A stretch of DNA of 64,000 nucleotides from a virus (lineage: Duplodnaviria > Caudoviricetes): positions 96,001-160,000 of IMG/VR virus record IMGVR_UViG_3300030330_004160; one strand, written 5' to 3'. Below are positions 1 to 9,261 of this stretch, piece by piece; position 1 is the first letter of the stretch; each line of letters starts with the position of its first letter. A program made the position numbers and the translations under genes. The notes under the pieces are model-generated. The model did no database searches, was not told where the DNA came from, and saw nothing but the letters and a program-made list of their open reading frames with translations.

Positions 1-1306
1 TGAACAAATTGAACAAATCCCTGCTGAGATCATTGACATAGATCAAGTCAAGAAAGACATAAGCGACAAAGAGCGTGAGATAAAAAACGTCCTGCGACAA
101 AATATCAAACTTCATGATAGTATAGCCCGTAGTAGGATTAAGATTGAAGATGTGGATGTTATTCTGGCTGGTATCGACCTGCAAAAACTCAAGAACCAGA
201 AAGAAGAATGGAACACAATGTCTAAAAAGCGCTCCACCGTTCAAGGACAATGCAACACTACCAATGCAAAGTTGCAAAACAACCAAGCAAAACTAAAACT
301 TCTTGATGATATTCCTTGCGGCGAAAAGTTTCCAAATTGTAAGTTCATTTGTGATGCCCACAAAGCCAAAAAAAACGTGGGCGGTCTCTCCCGTGAAATC
401 GCAAAATTTAACGAAACTTTATCCGAGGTGGATACTTGGTTAGGAAACGTTAAAATTTCGGCTGTAAATGCTTCGATTGATGAGTATGAGGCGTCAAAAA
501 ACATCAGAGTCACCATAAACAACAGCATTAAAGACGCTTCCTTGGCGATTGAGAAGAATAAAGCCAAGATTCAGAAGTTAAAAGCAAACATATTGGACTT
601 GCAAGAGAAAGAAACTCTTTACGAGGAGAATAGAGAAGTTATAGAAAATCTAGGCACCCTGCTCAGAGAAAAGCAATCCATTGAAAAGTTAATTAAAAAT
701 AAAACATCACAGAATAAAAAATGTCAAGATGCTTTACAAGAACTTTACATTGAGCAAGGTGCAACAAAACAAACGATTGAAAACCTTCTTGATAGCAAGA
801 AAGAGGTAGAAGACATTGAGAAAGAGTGGGTGGCTTACGATTTGTTTATGAGATGTATGCATCCCAATGGTATACCATACGATATCATCAAGAAAAAGTT
901 GCCTGTCATTAATGGCGAAATAGCCAAAGTTCTTGCTAACATCGTTGACTTTGAGGTTTCCTTTGAGAATAATGACAAGAAGTTAGACATTAACATAAAG
1001 CATCCAAATTATGACGCTAGGCCCCTGTCCATGGCATCGGGAGCGGAAAAGACCTTGGCTTCAATGGCGATACGATTGGCGTTAATTTCTATAACAAATT
1101 TGCCAAAATCAGAAATTTTCGTATTAGACGAACCAGCAACAGCCCTAGACCACGAACACATGGAAGGTTTTATTAGACTTCTTCAAATGATAAAAAATCA
1201 ATTTAAGACAGTTATTTTAATATCTCATCTGGATTCATTGAAAGATGTGGTCGATATGACAATTGATATTGAAAAAGTTGATGGCTATGCTAAAGTGAGG
1301 ATTTAA
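1..1306 (+). CDS. SbcC/Rad50-like recombination ATPase (T4 gp46-like), 5' truncated by window
   Basis: Frame open from position 2; long coiled coil, CxxxxPxC zinc-hook-like motif, ABC signature ASGAEK, Walker B/D-loop FVLDEPATALD, H-loop ISHL. Confidence 0.93.
   Translation, partial: EQIEQIPAEIIDIDQVKKDISDKEREIKNVLRQNIKLHDSIARSRIKIEDVDVILAGIDLQKLKNQKEEWNTMSKKRSTVQGQCNTTNAKLQNNQAKLKLLDDIPCGEKFPNCKFICDAHKAKKNVGGLSREIAKFNETLSEVDTWLGNVKISAVNASIDEYEASKNIRVTINNSIKDASLAIEKNKAKIQKLKANILDLQEKETLYEENREVIENLGTLLREKQSIEKLIKNKTSQNKKCQDALQELYIEQGATKQTIENLLDSKKEVEDIEKEWVAYDLFMRCMHPNGIPYDIIKKKLPVINGEIAKVLANIVDFEVSFENNDKKLDINIKHPNYDARPLSMASGAEKTLASMAIRLALISITNLPKSEIFVLDEPATALDHEHMEGFIRLLQMIKNQFKTVILISHLDSLKDVVDMTIDIEKVDGYAKVRI
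1127..1306 (+). repeat. Copy 1 of 180-bp direct repeat (3' end of SbcC gene, DEPAT...KVRI*)
   Basis: Aligns without gaps to 1984-2163; 26 mismatches by hand count (~86% identity), only 2 amino-acid changes. Confidence 0.97.
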
Positions 1307-1332
1307 TCCCCCCAGTATGTTTTTTCTTGATG

Positions 1333-1371
1333 AGCCACCTATTTATTTTAGACAGACTTAAATAGGTGGCT
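1333..1371 (+). promoter_or_regulatory. Perfect 13-bp hairpin sequestering the endonuclease RBS; 5' arm contains late-promoter motif CTATTTA
   Basis: AGCCACCTATTTA (1333-1345) / TAAATAGGTGGCT (1359-1371); SD AGGTGG 1364-1369, ATG 1376. Confidence 0.8.
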
Positions 1372-1375
1372 TTTT

Positions 1376-1969
1376 ATGACTTGTGGAATATATCAAATCA
1401 AAAATATTATCAATGGGATGATGTATATAGGCAGCAGTGTCAACATCCAAAAAAGATGGCAACAACATTTAAGGTTGCTCCGGAAAAACTCTCATGAGAA
1501 TTCACATCTTCAAAATTCTTTCAATAAACATGGCGAGAGTAATTTTGAATTTTCTGTTTTGATAGAAGTCGACAGAGAGCAACTACTCATTGAGGAGCAG
1601 AAATATATGGATGATACCAAGTGTTATGATCGCAATGTTGGCTTTAATAAATCTATAACAGCAGGGCACCCAACGAAAGGCAATAAAATATCTGAAGCAA
1701 CACGGGCAAAAATGAAAGAGGCCAAAAGAGGATACATACCAGTATGCGCGCATATGCCCATGTCAGAAGAAGGAAAAAAAAGAATTAGTGAAATAGCCAA
1801 AACAAGAACAGGACATAAGAATCCAAACTCCCGCCTAACACCGGAACAGATAACAGAGATGCGAAAAGATTTTAAGATCTGTAGCATGACTAATGGCGAA
1901 ATAGCAAAAAAATATGGAGTTTCTATTTCAACTATTAAGAGAATTAAGAGTGGAAAAACATACAAATAA
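1376..1969 (+). mobile_element. Free-standing GIY-YIG homing endonuclease (NUMOD3-like and C-terminal HTH DNA-binding modules)
   Basis: CGIYQI...YIGSS...RWQQH...H.N.HLQNSFNKHG...E; SEATRAKM and SEEGKKRISE repeats; HTH IAKKYGVSISTIKRI. Confidence 0.93.
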
Positions 1970-1971
1970 CG

Positions 1972-1979
1972 ACTATTTA
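1972..1979 (+). promoter_or_regulatory. Putative late promoter ACTATTTA at right end of endonuclease element
   Basis: Recurrent motif upstream of structural genes. Confidence 0.55.
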
Positions 1980-1983
1980 TATT

Positions 1984-2163
1984 GATGAGCCAGCAACAGC
2001 CCTAGACCATGAGCATATGGAGGGGCTCATAAGACTTCTTCAGATGATAAAAAATCAATTCAAAACAGTTATATTGATTTCACATTTAGATTCTTTGAAA
2101 GATGTGGTCGATATGACGATTGACATTGAGAAGGTTGATGGCTTTGCCAAAGTGAGGATTTAA
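1984..2163 (+). pseudogene. Displaced duplicate of the SbcC 3' end (copy 2 of 180-bp repeat)
   Basis: Encodes DEPATALDHEHMEGLIRLLQ...GFAKVRI* with no start or RBS at its 5' end; its TAA abuts the next ATG (2165). Confidence 0.9.
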
Positions 2164-2164
2164 A

Positions 2165-2542
2165 ATGAAAATAACAAAAGAAAGACTAAAGAAAATTATC
2201 AAAGAAGAACTTGCAAAAGTTATGAGCGAAGAATCAGGTCTAATGATGCCAGCCATGTCCCCAGCACAATTGGCTGCCGCTGTTAGCCAAGCCTTGGCTG
2301 ATGCTAATATGGCTATGTCTCCCAACGAGGCTATTGGTTTGGTTGACGTGGACAATACTGATGCTGACCATATAATCTATGCTCTGGATCTGGCTGTAGA
2401 TGCTGGTTCCGTTGAGAAAGAAGGCGACAGTTATGCACCAACAGGTATGCCTTACAATCCAGAAAAACATGCTGATTTGCAATGGGATGAAGACGGGCAA
2501 CCGGCTGCTTCCGGATATGCTAACATCGGCATGAAACTATAA
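2165..2542 (+). CDS. Acidic protein with N-terminal MKITKERLKKIIKEEL motif (probable internal head protein)
   Basis: Similar N-terminal amphipathic motif in ORFs at 2809 and 55103. Confidence 0.6.
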   Translation: MKITKERLKKIIKEELAKVMSEESGLMMPAMSPAQLAAAVSQALADANMAMSPNEAIGLVDVDNTDADHIIYALDLAVDAGSVEKEGDSYAPTGMPYNPEKHADLQWDEDGQPAASGYANIGMKL

Positions 2543-2554
2543 AGGAGAAGCACA

Positions 2555-2806
2555 ATGAGTGAAGAAACCTTAACAGAGAGCAGCGTAGATTGCGAAGGCG
2601 AGATTGACCAAGGCGCCGAGAAACTAGGTATTATCGACAGAATGCTTGAGAAGGCAATCTCTAGAAAACTTATCGTTTTTCTCACCGCCACTGGTTTATT
2701 GGCTTGGAGCGATTTAGACCCAGATACTTGGGGATTGATTGCTATTTGCTACATCGGCGGACAATCTGTGATTGATGCCGTTAAGACTTATAAGTATGGT
2801 GGATAG
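2555..2806 (+). CDS. Small two-TM membrane protein, probable holin
   Basis: SD AGGAG; SRKLIVFL... with two hydrophobic segments; upstream of spanin-like genes. Confidence 0.55.
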   Translation: MSEETLTESSVDCEGEIDQGAEKLGIIDRMLEKAISRKLIVFLTATGLLAWSDLDPDTWGLIAICYIGGQSVIDAVKTYKYGG

Positions 2807-2808
2807 AT

Positions 2809-3171
2809 ATGGAAATTAATGAACAAGCAATAAGAAAAATTATTAGAGAAGAGATAGAAGATCTTGAGTTTTTAAGATCTTCGATAATCCGTATAGTGAA
2901 CCAATACGGCTCCTTGGGTCTCACCCAAAGAGAACTTTACAATAAAGTCCAAGACCGACTTGTAGACTACAAAAGAGGAAACATGGCCGGGCCTGAAGAT
3001 AAGGAAATCTTCAAGCAAATGGTAAGAAGTCTCGGAGAAGAAGGTAAGGTTATCTTCAAGGGAGATAAGATACACTACCCATCCTCAGGCCATGCAACAG
3101 GCAAGTTAGGATCAGATTTTGATAATAGCAAACCTCCATGGTGGAAGAAAATGTTGGGAATGGGTGAGTGA
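2809..3171 (+). CDS. Hypothetical protein with MEINEQAIRKIIREEI motif (probable internal head protein)
   Basis: N-terminal motif family. Confidence 0.55.
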   Translation: MEINEQAIRKIIREEIEDLEFLRSSIIRIVNQYGSLGLTQRELYNKVQDRLVDYKRGNMAGPEDKEIFKQMVRSLGEEGKVIFKGDKIHYPSSGHATGKLGSDFDNSKPPWWKKMLGMGE

Positions 3172-3572
3172 GCCTTCTGGTTGCAAAGAAGTATTGGGGC
3201 AAGCTTAAGGTCTGGTGCTATTATCACTGGAAGTGGCTTGTTCTAATACTTGCCTTTGTGGTTATGTTCTTGTTGGGTCGTAAATCGAACAAAGGTTTGC
3301 TAAAACAAGCCGAAGGAGCACTGAAGTCTCAAAAATTAGAAAGCGCCGCAGTTGAAAGATCACATCGTTTAGAGATCAAGAAAAGAGAAAAGGCAAGAAA
3401 GAAGTACGAGTCCGCTATGGAAAGGATAGAAAAAGAACATTCCGAGGGCCAACAAAAACTTGACGAAGCCAAAAAGAAAGAATTGAAAAAGAATTTAAAA
3501 CTAGCCAAGAACAACCCAGATGAGATTGATAGAATCTTATCAGAACAGTTCGGCCTTAAGGAGACCAAATAA
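3168..3572 (+). CDS. Inner-membrane spanin-like protein (N-terminal TM plus coiled coil)
   Basis: TM WLVLILAFVVMFLLG followed by charged helical domain; GTGA overlap. Confidence 0.55.
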   Translation: MSLLVAKKYWGKLKVWCYYHWKWLVLILAFVVMFLLGRKSNKGLLKQAEGALKSQKLESAAVERSHRLEIKKREKARKKYESAMERIEKEHSEGQQKLDEAKKKELKKNLKLAKNNPDEIDRILSEQFGLKETK

Positions 3573-3805
3573 TGTTATTTTATTTATTTATGTTAACCGC
3601 CCACGCCGATGAGGGAGAAGAGGGCAAAATTACGTACAAGAAACAAACAGAGATCGACTTCGAAGCAATCGAACTTGAAGGAGAACTTGTTAAGCCTCAA
3701 GGTGCTCTGTTGCTTGAGAGAAAGAGGGCATCATTCAACCCTTTGATTACTTTGCGAAAAGACTTTAACAAGGAGATGAAAGAGTCCATCAAGGCGGTGG
3801 AATGA
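3572..3805 (+). CDS. cglF: CglF/GltF-like adventurous gliding motility protein (secreted)
   Basis: Signal peptide ending AHA; YKKQTEIDF..ELEGELVKPQG..ERKRASFNPLI.LRKDFNKE matches recalled CglF pattern (T.IDF..EGEL.KP.G..RK..F..LI..R..F..E). Confidence 0.75.
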   Translation: MLFYLFMLTAHADEGEEGKITYKKQTEIDFEAIELEGELVKPQGALLLERKRASFNPLITLRKDFNKEMKESIKAVE

Positions 3806-4200
3806 TATTGCTACTAATGTCTATGGCTCTAGCCGAAGAGCCCACATATGCCAACTTAAAGAAGGGAGACCCAGCGCCATTTGATGGTCGTTTGTTTAGC
3901 CCCGCAGCCGTCGCACAAGTTATAACGGAACATCGACTAAAAGATTTGGACTGCGATTTGGAGGTTGAATACCGCTTGGACAAAGCGGGAACAGAGGCGC
4001 AGTATACATATGATATACTTGAAGCCACTTGCAAGGCAGAGGCCCAGAAACTGCGTGATATTAATATTATCCGAGAGGAAGAACTCTCAATCTTAAGAGC
4101 CAGCAACAAACCACTGCGTCCTTATATATGGATGACTGGTGGCTTCATTATGGGCACAGCCACGTCTATTGCTATATTTAAAACGGTGAGTAATGAGTAA
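3802..4200 (+). CDS. Secreted/C-terminally anchored protein, possible spanin component
   Basis: Signal peptide, KGDPAPFDG motif, coiled coil, C-terminal TM. Confidence 0.45.
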   Translation: MILLLMSMALAEEPTYANLKKGDPAPFDGRLFSPAAVAQVITEHRLKDLDCDLEVEYRLDKAGTEAQYTYDILEATCKAEAQKLRDINIIREEELSILRASNKPLRPYIWMTGGFIMGTATSIAIFKTVSNE

Positions 4201-4576
4201 AAAAGATCAGAACTATGTTGCCAATGTAGAGAGAGCCATAGCAAAAAAATATGGCCAAGAAACGGTAAAGCACCCCAAAAGAGATTGGGATGATGAAAAA
4301 GAAAAAGAATATTTAAAACAAATAAAGGACCTCCACCACCTGGAACTTCGTGAAAGCGATGTCGATAAAGTTGAGGTAGATGGTGTTTTTGTTCCAAGAA
4401 AACTAATTAATAAGAACTCTGAGCGTTCTTGCCCGGTTTGCAATAAGTATTCTTTCAAATCTCAAGATGATGTTTATATGACAAAGTTTGAGTGCTGTTT
4501 TGGCTGCTATATACAATGGGTTGAAGGTCGTGAAGAAAGATGGAAAAAAGGATGGAGACCAAACAATGTCAACTGA
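4193..4576 (+). CDS. Hypothetical protein with zinc-finger (CPVC...CCFGC)
   Basis: Overlaps both neighbours; Cys motif. Confidence 0.7.
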   Translation: MSKKDQNYVANVERAIAKKYGQETVKHPKRDWDDEKEKEYLKQIKDLHHLELRESDVDKVEVDGVFVPRKLINKNSERSCPVCNKYSFKSQDDVYMTKFECCFGCYIQWVEGREERWKKGWRPNNVN

Positions 4577-5756
4577 AGGTTCAACAACATACAAAATTAT
4601 TCAAGGACTAGCACAGGCTGCTGCCAATGCTTATGATGGCGTGCATGATGAGAGATACACTCTGGATGGCCAAGTCAGAAACATGAAAATGAAAAGAGAA
4701 GAAGGCGAGCCCCTCATTGATAAAAGAGTCATTGACGGATTCAGCGTTAAGTTTTTTGGAGATAAGTTGTGTCTACACTATCACTCCGAGGTCATGCTAA
4801 AGCAAATCTACTCCGGCAACTTTGAAAACGACATCTCCGCAATGCTAAATGAAATCAAAAAGTTCCTTCAGAAAGAGTATAAAGCCATCACCGGAGAATC
4901 AGTAACCCTTACCAAATCAGGCGAAGTTAAAATTTATACTGCGTCGTCAAGTAGGGTTCGTTCATGGGTCCAAGCACACCAATTTTATAAAATATCTGGG
5001 ATCAAATCTGAACAATCCATCCAAGGGTCAGACGGCAGAACGGTTGATGATGCTATTAAATCATTCTTGGAATTAAACAATAAGAATAAGCGTCCCGAAA
5101 ATGATACAAGAAAGAAAGAAAAGATTGCTGAATCGCGAAATCAAAGAAGCCCAGAAGGTCAACTGGGTACATACGCCTTTTCCGGCATGACTGCTGCTCA
5201 ACGTGCTGCTCACCAAAATGCTACCATCGCTGACATGAAGGCCAAAGCAGCCCGAGGAGAGGCATTAAGCAATTTGGCAAAGAAATTCGAAAACAAACCA
5301 AGAGCCGCAGAAGTTGTAAAAGATCCATTGGAAAAGTTCTTAATTCTTAATCGTGCCTACGACGATTTTAGTGATATTCTTAATAATAAACTTGGACAGG
5401 CTTATGAACTTCCTTCTGGGTCTGATTTTAACAAGCACATAAAATATGATTTTGAAGGTCTTATGGCTAGGCTTGTAGCGGGGGCGCAAGGAAACAAAGA
5501 AGAGATAGGCAAGTTTTATAGAGACATAAGCCATGTTATTGGCGAATTAAAGCGTCTCCAACAAATGGTTAGTTCACCCAAACTTCGAAAAAGAGCAATA
5601 GAAGAACTTGGCCTCAAAAAGAAGCCCGGAATGGTCGGAAAAGCGATGAGTCGCTTAAAGAGTACGTTCGGCATGGAGGAAGATATTTCCCTCCCATCCA
5701 AGCAAAGCCGCCTCAAAGAAACCAAAACTAGAGTAAAAGTTAAAAAACAAAAGTAA
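4566..5756 (+). CDS. Hypothetical protein upstream of terminase
   Basis: Long ORF; ATG 4566 preceded by GGAG. Confidence 0.7.
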   Translation: MSTEGSTTYKIIQGLAQAAANAYDGVHDERYTLDGQVRNMKMKREEGEPLIDKRVIDGFSVKFFGDKLCLHYHSEVMLKQIYSGNFENDISAMLNEIKKFLQKEYKAITGESVTLTKSGEVKIYTASSSRVRSWVQAHQFYKISGIKSEQSIQGSDGRTVDDAIKSFLELNNKNKRPENDTRKKEKIAESRNQRSPEGQLGTYAFSGMTAAQRAAHQNATIADMKAKAARGEALSNLAKKFENKPRAAEVVKDPLEKFLILNRAYDDFSDILNNKLGQAYELPSGSDFNKHIKYDFEGLMARLVAGAQGNKEEIGKFYRDISHVIGELKRLQQMVSSPKLRKRAIEELGLKKKPGMVGKAMSRLKSTFGMEEDISLPSKQSRLKETKTRVKVKKQK

Positions 5757-5759
5757 TGA

Positions 5760-7343
5760 ATGGCTTACAAACTAACAAAAAAAGAAATTGTAAAAGAAAT
5801 ACTTAAGTCGGGCAAAGACCCGACATACTTTATTAATAACTATTGCCGCATTAGTCACCCAATGAAGGGGTTGATTCCTTTTAAGACGTATCCATATCAA
5901 GATGATTTACTACGTGATTTTAATGATTATCGCTTTAATGTAATCCTGAAGGCCCGACAGTTAGGAATCTCAACCATTTGCGCTGCTTATTGTGTGTGGT
6001 TTATGCTTTACCACAAAGAAAAGAACATTCTAGTTCTTGCGACAAAATTAAGTACAGCAACGAATCTTGTCCGAAAGGTTAAGGCTATTATGAAGGCGCT
6101 ACCAGATTGGTTAAGGATATCAGATATTATTGTTGACAACAGAACTTCATTTGAACTTTCAAACGGATCTATGATCAAAGCCGCCTCTACTTCCGGCGAT
6201 GCAGGTCGTTCAGAGGCCCTTTCGTTATTGGTGGTGGACGAGGCAGCACACATTGAGAGGATGAACGAAATATGGACTGCTATCTATCCCACACTATCGA
6301 CAGGTGGACGCTGCGTTGCTCTTTCCACTCCCTCCGGAGTTGGTAACTGGTTTCATAAAACATATATCGATGCGGTCGATGGGGACAATGATTTTCATCC
6401 CATAAACCTGCCGTGGGATGTACACCCAGAGAGAGACAAAGAGTGGTTCGAAAAAGAAACCAAGAACATGTCCCGTCGACAAATAGCGCAGGAACTAGAA
6501 TGTAACTTTAACACTTCCGGTGACACTGTCATCCACCCAGACGATATTGCTTGGATTAATGAAAGCATCAAAGAGCCCGATTACCGCACAGGCTATGATA
6601 GAAACTTTTGGATTTGGGAGAAATACATAGAGGAAGCGAGTTATTTATTAGTTGCTGACGTGGCCCGAGGGGATGGCGCTGACAACTCTGTCTTTCATAT
6701 TATAAAACTTGAAACGATGGAAGTTGTAGCCGAGTATCAAGGCAAGCCCAACTTAGACATGTATGCCACAATGTTAATGTCTGCTGGTCAAGAGTATGGC
6801 AACTGTTTGTTGGTTGTTGAGAATAATGGAATTGGCATTTCTATTTTAGAAAAGTTACAAACTCTTGGGTATCCAAATCTATACTATTCAATCAAAGCAA
6901 CGCACGAATATGTAAATGCCCACCAAGGTCAAGTAGATGACCGAGCAGTCGCTGGATTTACAACCTCAACTAAAACTAGGCCCCTTATTGTTGCAAAACT
7001 AGAAGAGTTCGTGAGAAATAAACTAATTAAAACGTACTCTAGCAGATTATTTCATGAGGTTAAAACTTTTATCTGGCATAATGGCAAGCCCCAAGCAATG
7101 CGTTCATATCATGATGATCTGATTATGTCACTGGCTATCGGATGCTGGGTTAGAGATACGGCATTGCAAGTCAACCAAAAAGATGTTGAATATAAGAAAG
7201 CGATGCTAGATGGGATTATTATGAATTCAACCAAAATGAATACAGCGATCAAAGGCATGGAAGGATACAACAAAGAGTTTCAGGAAAAATATAAAGATGA
7301 AATTGAACAAACAAAGGAATTTGTTTGGATTTTTAAAGGATAA
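5760..7343 (+). CDS. terL: Terminase large subunit (T4 gp17-like)
   Basis: YPYQ, LKARQLGIST Walker A, LVVDEAA Walker B, STPSG, QELEC, DVARGDG.D nuclease, HDDLIM. Confidence 0.97.
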   Translation: MAYKLTKKEIVKEILKSGKDPTYFINNYCRISHPMKGLIPFKTYPYQDDLLRDFNDYRFNVILKARQLGISTICAAYCVWFMLYHKEKNILVLATKLSTATNLVRKVKAIMKALPDWLRISDIIVDNRTSFELSNGSMIKAASTSGDAGRSEALSLLVVDEAAHIERMNEIWTAIYPTLSTGGRCVALSTPSGVGNWFHKTYIDAVDGDNDFHPINLPWDVHPERDKEWFEKETKNMSRRQIAQELECNFNTSGDTVIHPDDIAWINESIKEPDYRTGYDRNFWIWEKYIEEASYLLVADVARGDGADNSVFHIIKLETMEVVAEYQGKPNLDMYATMLMSAGQEYGNCLLVVENNGIGISILEKLQTLGYPNLYYSIKATHEYVNAHQGQVDDRAVAGFTTSTKTRPLIVAKLEEFVRNKLIKTYSSRLFHEVKTFIWHNGKPQAMRSYHDDLIMSLAIGCWVRDTALQVNQKDVEYKKAMLDGIIMNSTKMNTAIKGMEGYNKEFQEKYKDEIEQTKEFVWIFKG

Positions 7344-7347
7344 ATAA

Positions 7348-9261
7348 ATGGCTAAAGGTAAGAACCCGTACAATGACGAATCACAGTTGTTCAGAGCGCT
7401 AACCAGATTGTTCTCTGGGCCAATCGTCAATAGAAGAACGCAAACTGGGCGTCAATTAAAGAGAAGACATCTGGATACATATTCCAAGTGGTTTAAGTCT
7501 GCATCTGGGCAACAGTTCAAGAAAGCAGAATATAACCCAATGAATATCTTAAATGCGAATATGATTTCCAATCGCAACCGGTCAGAGAGATATATCGATT
7601 TTGATCAAATGGAGTATATGCCCGAGTTGGCTTCGGCACTTGATATTTATGCTGACGAGATGACCACACATTCGAATCTCCAGCCAATGCTTCATATTAA
7701 ATGCCCTAATGATGAGATCAAAGCTATATTAGACGCTCTATACCACAATGTTTTGAATATTGACTATAACTTGTTTGGTTGGTGTCGCACCATGTGCAAG
7801 TATGGGGATCTGTTTCTTTACTTGGATATTGACGATAAAATGGGCATTACTCATACAATAGGGCTTCCTTCGAATGAAGTTGAGCGTATGGAAGGGCAAG
7901 ATAAAAACAATCCAAATTATGTCCAGTTTCAGTGGAACTCTGCCGGTATGACTTTGGAAAACTGGCAAATGGCACACTTCCGCATCTTGGGTAATGACAA
8001 GCACATGCCCTATGGAACTTCTGTCTTAGAGCCAGCCCGTCGTATTTGGCGACAACTTACTCTTCTTGAGGATGCTATGATGGCTTATCGCATTGTTCGC
8101 TCCCCTGAGCGTAGGGTATTTTACGTCGATGTTGGGAACATTGCCCCACAAGACGTTGAGCAGTACATGCAGAAAGTCATGACTCAGATGAAGAGAAATC
8201 AGATTACAGACCCCACCACAGGTAAGGTCGATTTGCGATACAATCCAATGTCAATTGAAGAAGATTATTTTATTCCTGTGCGTGGCGGAACTTCAACAAA
8301 GATTGAAAACCTAGCAGGAGGGAACTTCACAGGCCAAGTAGACGATGTAAAGTATTTGAGAGATAAACTGTTCGCCGCTATCAAAATTCCCCAATCCTAT
8401 CTTACAATGGGTGAGGGAGCCACAGAAGACAAGACAACATTGGCTCAAAAAGATATTCGTTTTGCGAGAACCATTCAAAGACTCCAAAGAGTTGTGATAT
8501 CTGAACTTGAAAAGATTGGAATTATCCATCTTTACACTTTGGGTTTCCGCAACGACGACTTACTAAGTTTTAAACTTAAACTCAACAACCCATCCAAGAT
8601 AGCAGAACTTCAAGAATTGGAGCACTGGAAAACAAAGTTTGATGCTGCTGGTGCAGCCACTGAGGGCTTCTTTAGTAAGCGATGGATCGCTGAGCATATG
8701 CTTGGCATATCCGAAGAAGAGTTCCTTCGCAATCAAAGAGAAATGTTTTTTGATAAAAAGTTTGCTGCTGCTCTTGAGGCTACAACAGCGGGTGAAACCG
8801 GCGGTGCCGATGCCCTTGGTGGCGGAGGCGGAATGATCAGTGATGATTTCGGCGGAGGTCTAGATAAACCAGAAGATGATCTGGGTGGTGGCTTAGGCGA
8901 TGACCAAGGGGATGCCACTGCACCGCCTCCAGAGCCAGATAAAAAAGAAGATGATGTTCTTCTGGCTGAGCCTCCCGCAAAAAGAAACGATGGTACGACT
9001 TACGAGATGGATTCCACCAAAGTCCGTAGACCTCGGAGAGCACAAAGTTACAATGTACAGCCTGAGACCAACACTCATAGGACTAACAATTTGGGCTATG
9101 CTGGGCCTGGAAGTTTGAAGTCTTTGGCTCAAGGCTTTATGGAGAACCAAGATAGTAGTGATTTATTAGAAGAGCAAGAACTATTTAGTGTTAGCAGAGA
9201 AGTAACTAGTTTACTTGAGAGTCTCAAAATAATGGAGAATAAAGATGAAGATGAAGCATAA
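7348..9261 (+). CDS. Portal protein (T4 gp20-like)
   Basis: LLEDAMMAYRIVRSPERRVFYVDVGN, EDYFIP, DVKYLRDKLFAA. Confidence 0.96.
   Translation: MAKGKNPYNDESQLFRALTRLFSGPIVNRRTQTGRQLKRRHLDTYSKWFKSASGQQFKKAEYNPMNILNANMISNRNRSERYIDFDQMEYMPELASALDIYADEMTTHSNLQPMLHIKCPNDEIKAILDALYHNVLNIDYNLFGWCRTMCKYGDLFLYLDIDDKMGITHTIGLPSNEVERMEGQDKNNPNYVQFQWNSAGMTLENWQMAHFRILGNDKHMPYGTSVLEPARRIWRQLTLLEDAMMAYRIVRSPERRVFYVDVGNIAPQDVEQYMQKVMTQMKRNQITDPTTGKVDLRYNPMSIEEDYFIPVRGGTSTKIENLAGGNFTGQVDDVKYLRDKLFAAIKIPQSYLTMGEGATEDKTTLAQKDIRFARTIQRLQRVVISELEKIGIIHLYTLGFRNDDLLSFKLKLNNPSKIAELQELEHWKTKFDAAGAATEGFFSKRWIAEHMLGISEEEFLRNQREMFFDKKFAAALEATTAGETGGADALGGGGGMISDDFGGGLDKPEDDLGGGLGDDQGDATAPPPEPDKKEDDVLLAEPPAKRNDGTTYEMDSTKVRRPRRAQSYNVQPETNTHRTNNLGYAGPGSLKSLAQGFMENQDSSDLLEEQELFSVSREVTSLLESLKIMENKDEDEA

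Noticed and set aside
1127-2163. 180-bp repeat pair as a diversity-generating retroelement TR/VR or a group I intron
   Set aside because: Mismatches are mostly synonymous third-position changes including C/T, not adenine-specific; no reverse transcriptase; the upstream gene is already complete and there is no room for a ribozyme core
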